Source: Bacteroidota bacterium (GTDB lineage: Bacteria; Bacteroidota; Bacteroidia; JAKFFM01). Taken from it: a stretch of 64,000 nucleotides of DNA. A model generated the notes under the pieces. The model made no database searches. It was not told the origin of the DNA and saw only the letters and a list, made by a program, of their open reading frames with translations. This document shows positions 58,826-64,000 of this stretch, in pieces. The position numbers were made by a program, and so were the translations under genes. The stretch's first letter is position 1; every line of letters begins with the position of its first letter. Location of the stretch: contig JAKFFM010000014.1 of the NCBI GenBank assembly GCA_036675075.1, forward strand, positions 39,102-103,101. Reading direction: 5' to 3'.

Positions 58826-59775
58826 GACATCAGAAAAGTTTTGTATTCGGTTATGGTTACAGCGACAAACATTGATTTCCTTGGAATTTCAAACCTGTGG
58901 GAACGGTTTGTTCTATTGTTTGAAATTACTGCAAATCCAGCATGTACCCCAAGTTCATCCAGAATGCGAATTGTATCTGCATTAAAATGCTTTCCATTTA
59001 CACCATGAGGATATGCAAAAGACCGGATCTTTCTGTTCACGATTAAAGCCACCTCATCGATTGAATCTTTTATCTCCCTCAATTGTCCAGCATAATCAAG
59101 TGTCGAAAGAACCGGATGTGTTTTCGTATGTGCACCTATTGAAACAAAGTTTGATAAAGTGAACTTTCTGAGCTCTGATTCATCCATGAAAAGAGCTGAT
59201 ACTTTCTCTTTGACACCTTCAAAAGACAGACAGGCAGAGATCACTTTAAGCTGTGTAATTTGCAGTGCATTTTCATATGCGGAAGCAAGCTGCACGATCC
59301 TTTCATTTTGAATGGCAAGATCATCCAATGTCAATTCAAGCAGGGATGCAAGTTTATTAGCATATCCGTTTTCCACAGAAATCCGGATAAGATCCCACCA
59401 GGGATAAGCCTCCTTTTTAATAAATCCTGAAGTGATAAAGAAAACCGCGGGAACCTTATATTTTTCCAGTATGGGCAGCGCGTTGATCAGGTTGTCCTTG
59501 TATCCATCATCAAACGTGATCAGAACTGCATTTTCGGGAAATTTATCCTTCTCAAGGCAACGAATAAACTCCTCTTCAGAAAGTGCTTTTTTATGTTCAG
59601 CGACAAAACGAATCTGCTCTTCAAATTGATCAGGAGAAACGATCAGGTTAAAAACATCTCCCTGAAGATCAGCTACGCGATGGTAACATAGCACTTTGGG
59701 AGTGTTTACAGGCCCTGAAGTAAATAAGCTTCTGATTTTTCTGAACAAGGCTTTCATTTCCGCGCGGCGCAACAA
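58822..59775 (-). CDS. Polysaccharide deacetylase (CE4 / NodB-homology domain)
   Basis: LITFDDGYKDNL (motif 1, DD metal/acid) and HTKTHP (His motif). Confidence 0.8.
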   Translation of the reverse strand: MLRRAEMKALFRKIRSLFTSGPVNTPKVLCYHRVADLQGDVFNLIVSPDQFEEQIRFVAEHKKALSEEEFIRCLEKDKFPENAVLITFDDGYKDNLINALPILEKYKVPAVFFITSGFIKKEAYPWWDLIRISVENGYANKLASLLELTLDDLAIQNERIVQLASAYENALQITQLKVISACLSFEGVKEKVSALFMDESELRKFTLSNFVSIGAHTKTHPVLSTLDYAGQLREIKDSIDEVALIVNRKIRSFAYPHGVNGKHFNADTIRILDELGVHAGFAVISNNRTNRSHRFEIPRKSMFVAVTITEYKTFLMS

Positions 59776-60407
59776 ACAGAAACCAGGAAGTTCTTATCAT
59801 AATGATCAAGTTCCTGTTGAGTGATGTCAGATTTTGACATTCCCTGGAGAAAGCAAATGGATGTAATGAGGTTTCCATAAGAGCTGATCTCTGCCGAAGC
59901 AAATCCAGCATCTTTCGCAAGACGTTCAAGACTGTAAGGAGTAAATCTCCAGCAATCGTGCGGCTCCTCGTGATACTTCATAACAAATGGAACCGTAACA
60001 AGAAGATAACCTCCAGGCTTTAAAGCATCATAACAGTTCTTCAGCGCAGTATTCACATCAAAAATGTGCTGTAACACCTGTGTAAGAATGATGCAATCGT
60101 AATGAGAACTTTTAAGAGGAGAACCTCCAGACAAAGACAGATCACCGATGATGTTCGCATCCTTATTCTCCTTATTTATATCCAGAATATCAGATGATGT
60201 CACCTGTTTCCCGAAGCTCTTTGTGTAGATATTATTGAGCAACTCAAGGCAATTTCCCCTGATATGCTGTTCATTCCCCCGAAGGAACTTATCAATGTAA
60301 TAACGATCAACAGGAACTCCTCTGTCAAACCCCCAGTTTGAACTGACAGGTTTAAATGAACGAAGCGTTCCCCAATTCACCTTGTTTTTACTTTTCTTCC
60401 AGAACAT
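59754..60407 (-). CDS. Class I SAM-dependent methyltransferase
   Basis: LKPGGYLLVTVPF motif, small (217 aa) Methyltransf_11/23-like. Confidence 0.75.
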   Translation of the reverse strand: MFWKKSKNKVNWGTLRSFKPVSSNWGFDRGVPVDRYYIDKFLRGNEQHIRGNCLELLNNIYTKSFGKQVTSSDILDINKENKDANIIGDLSLSGGSPLKSSHYDCIILTQVLQHIFDVNTALKNCYDALKPGGYLLVTVPFVMKYHEEPHDCWRFTPYSLERLAKDAGFASAEISSYGNLITSICFLQGMSKSDITQQELDHYDKNFLVSVCCAARK

Positions 60408-60410
60408 ATA

Positions 60411-61706
60411 TTATGGTTTCCAGCGCATTCGCGATTGATGAACTTTTTCTTTCAGTTTACTATTATTCTCAGCCAGGGTATGTTGAATCTCTTCCCTGCG
60501 TGAGAGAAAGGAACGGACAATCTCAGGGAACTGATCAGTCACGGCACTTTCAAGATCGACTTTGAGATCCTGCAGGCCAAACAATTCCGTGAGGCCGTTA
60601 AATTTCTGTGTATAATGTGCGCCTTTATATAAGGGCAGAACAGGTATTCCAAGGGAAGCGGAATAGATGTAAAAATGATACGAAATGCCAAAGCAGATCT
60701 TCATTTTAGACACAAATCCTTTGATCTGTATTGCATCATAATGGCCCTTCACTTTAAAGATCCTGTCACGATTCCTGCAAAGTGAGATTACCTTTTCTAC
60801 ATCAGTACGTTCATCACTAATGCCATAATGAAACGGGATACATAGAACAGAGAGACCTGATTGTTCAATTGCTTCATCAATTATCTCAGCAATCTTCCTG
60901 TAAACTTCAGGATTCTTGAGATCCAGGTAATCGCGAAACTGAAACCCAATGTATTCTTCGGATCCTGACAATCCTTCCTGCCTGAATAGTCTGTCAATTT
61001 CACCTGGAGGAGGACAGGCTAAAGTCAAGGCATCATCACCGGTGGTTTCAACAGGAGTGGTTACACCGATCTTCCGGATGTATTGCTCTGAGATCCTTTC
61101 ACGGGTTGTTATGTCGGTAGCGGCATTCAGCGCTTGAATAAGTAATTGCCTGTCAAGGTCTGTTTTGATAGGTTCAACACTTTGACCTGAGAGGTAAAGT
61201 TTTTTTCCAGCCTTTCCTGCAAGCAGGAAGTTGAAGCACTTTTCATAGAAATACACCTTCCACAACTCATTGAGGTTCGCGCCGCCAACATCGATAATGA
61301 TATCTGATTCGCGAATTGTTCTCACCGCAACACGTACAAATTCCGGAAGGTCAGTTTGACTTTCAATGTCATTGATGTTGTTTACCAGGTTCATTCCTCT
61401 TGCAATGATCCTCTTGTTTTTGATGGTCCATTCATCCGCAAACAATTCACGTAACCAGTCAAGTCTTCCTTTAGAATAAGGAATAAAGTATTTGTTAATA
61501 GACTTGACCATCGGATATTTCACAACATCCTTAAGGTAGCTGCAAGTATCCGGCTCTTCAACGAACACCTTAATTTCAGAACCTGGAAAGAACTTCTCCA
61601 CATCATGAATCACATTAACAAGCATGGCATCATCACCAATGTTGTTAGATCCAACTCCTCCAATAACAAGTACTTTCATCCTTTCATTCATGAATTGTCC
61701 AGTCAT
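60411..61706 (-). CDS. Polysaccharide pyruvyl transferase (CsaB/WcaK family)
   Basis: MKVLVIGGVGSNNIGDDAMLVNV N-terminal signature of PS_pyruv_trans. Confidence 0.8.
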   Translation of the reverse strand: MTGQFMNERMKVLVIGGVGSNNIGDDAMLVNVIHDVEKFFPGSEIKVFVEEPDTCSYLKDVVKYPMVKSINKYFIPYSKGRLDWLRELFADEWTIKNKRIIARGMNLVNNINDIESQTDLPEFVRVAVRTIRESDIIIDVGGANLNELWKVYFYEKCFNFLLAGKAGKKLYLSGQSVEPIKTDLDRQLLIQALNAATDITTRERISEQYIRKIGVTTPVETTGDDALTLACPPPGEIDRLFRQEGLSGSEEYIGFQFRDYLDLKNPEVYRKIAEIIDEAIEQSGLSVLCIPFHYGISDERTDVEKVISLCRNRDRIFKVKGHYDAIQIKGFVSKMKICFGISYHFYIYSASLGIPVLPLYKGAHYTQKFNGLTELFGLQDLKVDLESAVTDQFPEIVRSFLSRREEIQHTLAENNSKLKEKVHQSRMRWKP

Positions 61707-63303
61707 ATGAATATTCCCCGTCGTTCAGAATGCCTTCACAAATTGTATCAAGACCTTTAAACTTTCCCGGGAGGAGGTCACTGCATGAATTAATATTAAG
61801 TGACTTTACAGCCCAGCCGTTCAGTGATAATGGTTCAAATGGAATTGCTTCCTTAAAGAACCTGAAATACATGTATCGTCGTGCGGCTTCTTTATCTGGT
61901 GTAAAGCTTAACTCCCTCTTACCAAGCTTTTCGACATATTCAAAATATTCGTCTTCGGTCTGCGGATCTATGGTAAATCCTTTATTGGAATAATGACCAT
62001 TTGCGCCGGAAGTAAGTACAGGAATATCCTCCAAAGCCATCTCAATAGCCACTGTTGAAATGTGAATCAGCCCAACATCGATCATTGGATACAGGTCAAA
62101 AGGCTTCACATTTTCATCTGGCTTGCAGAAGTAAATATTTGATGGAAGTTGTTCTGGAATGATCGATGACACCCTGTACTTTTCAGGTGTATTTGTTTCC
62201 CTGGCGTTTTCAGCAGGATGAGCCTTAATTATCAGCGAGTATGAACCATGGTTGGAAAAGTATTGAATGTTCTTTGTGATCCATTCGAACATGTCCCTGA
62301 ACACGGTTTTTTCCTTAAACATAAATCCATCCCAGGCGATGTTTGTAAACAGACAGAAAACCACATGGCCTTTCGCTTTTTCATTCCTGATGAAATCAAA
62401 GACATCAGAGCTGCTTCGCTCATCAGAAAAGAGCTTGATCGAATCATTTCTATTGTCTTTTCTTCCAGGAATGTATTTATCCAGGATTTCGTTTTCCTTC
62501 ACCCCAAGATGAACATCTTTATATTTAGGCCACAGTGCCAGGGGAAATGGTGCTGCAGGCTCATTCCTGTAAACTCTCAGGGTATTCGCTCTGTAACTGC
62601 CACCATATACATCAACTGGAATATTCAATTTCCTGCAGAGGTAAAAAACCGGTGACCATGAAATATAGATGCCATGGGAAGTAAACACTTTATCTGGTCT
62701 GGACTTCAGGAGAAGCTGATAAGTTCCTTCTGTAATCAGCAGGCAGGAATAAACATATTCACGGAACTTAGCGACGAACAACTCATTTTCAAATTCAGGC
62801 TGTGGCATTAAAAAATGCCGCACTGTCGAATTCAACGCATACAATCCAACATTGATGTCACGATATTCAAGTGACTTAAGATTTTCTAAAGGCAGGTGTT
62901 CCGCCTTGTACTTTAAATCAGCTTTAATTTCATTCGTCAGGTATTCACTGAGCAGGAGCACATCGAATCCACAATCGCTGTAAAACGCGATCGATTTTTC
63001 AAGATTATCAGCAAAAAAGCTACCGGCTACCTGATTATCCATATCATTCGCTGCAAGAGGAATGTCGCATTGAAAAATAGAAACCTTCCCTCCTCTTAAC
63101 TGCAATGCCCTGGCAATGATCGATTCCCTCCAGGCGTAAAGACCAAGAGGTTCAAACGTATAGACAAGGATCTTTGAATAAGCATTGACTTTATGATCAA
63201 CCGGGTGATTACGAGCTAATATCTTTTGAAGACCTTCCAATACAGGAGCCTCATTTATAGTCGAAGGCGAGACCTTCCTGAACAGCCTTTTAATTATGCT
63301 CAT
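61684..63303 (-). CDS. Large hypothetical protein of the glycan locus (possibly capsule-polysaccharide-biosynthesis KpsC/KpsS-like; unverified)
   Basis: 539 aa, soluble. Lies between the Wzt ABC ATPase and the pyruvyl transferase. No motif confidently recognised. Confidence 0.3.
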   Translation of the reverse strand: MSIIKRLFRKVSPSTINEAPVLEGLQKILARNHPVDHKVNAYSKILVYTFEPLGLYAWRESIIARALQLRGGKVSIFQCDIPLAANDMDNQVAGSFFADNLEKSIAFYSDCGFDVLLLSEYLTNEIKADLKYKAEHLPLENLKSLEYRDINVGLYALNSTVRHFLMPQPEFENELFVAKFREYVYSCLLITEGTYQLLLKSRPDKVFTSHGIYISWSPVFYLCRKLNIPVDVYGGSYRANTLRVYRNEPAAPFPLALWPKYKDVHLGVKENEILDKYIPGRKDNRNDSIKLFSDERSSSDVFDFIRNEKAKGHVVFCLFTNIAWDGFMFKEKTVFRDMFEWITKNIQYFSNHGSYSLIIKAHPAENARETNTPEKYRVSSIIPEQLPSNIYFCKPDENVKPFDLYPMIDVGLIHISTVAIEMALEDIPVLTSGANGHYSNKGFTIDPQTEDEYFEYVEKLGKRELSFTPDKEAARRYMYFRFFKEAIPFEPLSLNGWAVKSLNINSCSDLLPGKFKGLDTICEGILNDGEYSYDWTIHE

Positions 63304-64000
63304 AATTCACTGTTGAATTCATTGAAAAATAGCCTGCAAACCTGGTAGGGTTGAATCCAAGCTCATCCATTCCACGGTTTGAATAAACAGTGACAGGACT
63401 TATATAGTCATCCAGGATATCATAGAATTTAACGCCTTCCTTATCACCAAGCCAGAAATACGTTGGGAAAGTCCCGGGCCTGACAAGTGGATCCGTGATC
63501 TGGAGTCTTATTTTAAATTCAGCCCCTTCCTTTAAAAATGAATCTGGTACTGGATGACGGACAGAAGATACGAGGTTACCCGAAAGTCCTGATTTCAGAC
63601 CAAAGGCGATGTATGCATTCTCAGGAACCTTCTTGCAGATGATATCCGCCTCGATGGTAAATGAATGATTGTATTCGTGCCTGTAATTTTCATTTCCGAA
63701 ATCGTCCAGGATACGGATCTTTTTAAATCTCAGTTCGCCGGATCCTCTTCTGCTTGTTTCATTGTCGATCCCTGTACTTTCATCAAATTCGATCGAGTTG
63801 AGGCCATTGATATAATAGTCGACGGCCTTTTCAGCTGTGCCCTGGAAAACATTCTGGCCGTTAGAGAGCACAATCCCTTTCGTGCATAATGATGATACAG
63901 CCTGCATATTATGGCTGACAAAAAGAACGGTCCTTCCAGTCTCACTGACATCCTTCATCTTTCCAAGGCATTTTTTCTGGAATTCTGAATCACCTACTGC
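63290..64000 (-). CDS. Wzt/TagH-like polysaccharide ABC-transporter ATP-binding protein (partial: the N-terminus lies beyond the window) with a ~165-aa C-terminal extension
   Basis: Reading frame is open to the window edge. The upstream in-frame translation gives ...AVGDSEFQKKCLGKM... (D-loop region), then TGRTVLFVSHNM (H-loop). About 200 aa follow the H-loop, whereas ~35 aa is normal for ABC ATPases, consistent with a Wzt C-terminal glycan-binding domain. Confidence 0.8.
   Translation of the reverse strand, partial: AVGDSEFQKKCLGKMKDVSETGRTVLFVSHNMQAVSSLCTKGIVLSNGQNVFQGTAEKAVDYYINGLNSIEFDESTGIDNETSRRGSGELRFKKIRILDDFGNENYRHEYNHSFTIEADIICKKVPENAYIAFGLKSGLSGNLVSSVRHPVPDSFLKEGAEFKIRLQITDPLVRPGTFPTYFWLGDKEGVKFYDILDDYISPVTVYSNRGMDELGFNPTRFAGYFSMNSTVNYEHN

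Noticed and set aside
1-64000. Mobile elements, integrases, tRNA-flanked island boundaries, CRISPR arrays, restriction or other defence systems
   Set aside because: No transposase, integrase or recombinase-like ORF and no direct-repeat array was seen. No tRNA-like cloverleaf was detected by eye in the intergenic regions. No nuclease or ATPase defence architectures were found. The glycan locus is bounded by ordinary terminators rather than mobile-element scars. The right boundary lies outside the window.

Overview
This 64 kb window appears to come from a Bacteroidota chromosome. Three things in the sequence point that way: type-A and type-B T9SS C-terminal sorting domains, tandem DUF1573 proteins, and TAnnTTTG -7 promoter boxes lying 8-10 nt upstream of start codons. 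The first ~26 kb is housekeeping. It holds valS, guaB, a DAHP synthase, cystathionine beta-synthase, a class-I aminotransferase, a LolE-like permease, an M16 peptidase pair, a patatin-Omp85 fusion, a FAH-family protein, an FabK/NMO-like enzyme and a T9SS cargo protein. Convergent gene pairs in this part are separated by clean bidirectional terminators. From ~26.1 kb to the window edge there is one large, mostly minus-strand surface-polysaccharide locus of at least 38 kb that is cut off at the right end. It contains a DegT aminotransferase, about 14 glycosyltransferases (GT2, GT4, GT11), three family-3 acyltransferases, a WcaF-like acetyltransferase, an AsnB amidotransferase, a sugar-1-P nucleotidyltransferase with two SDR dehydratase/epimerases, a polysaccharide deacetylase, a SAM methyltransferase and a pyruvyl transferase. 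It also has a Wzy_C/WaaL-family membrane protein and, at the edge, a partial Wzt-like ABC ATPase with a C-terminal extension. The most unusual part is a module at 33.8-41.8 kb inside this operon. It consists of two membrane-anchored CotH-family atypical kinases, a VTC (polyphosphate-polymerase-like) domain protein, a DUF4956 membrane protein and an exported metallophosphoesterase. I infer this is an uncharacterised phosphorylation or polyphosphate system acting on the glycan. A second unusual cluster is an Rpe-like-CBS fusion next to a type-Ibeta DAHP synthase and an N-terminally extended KdsC-like phosphatase. I found no rRNA, tRNA, CRISPR array or transposase/integrase gene.
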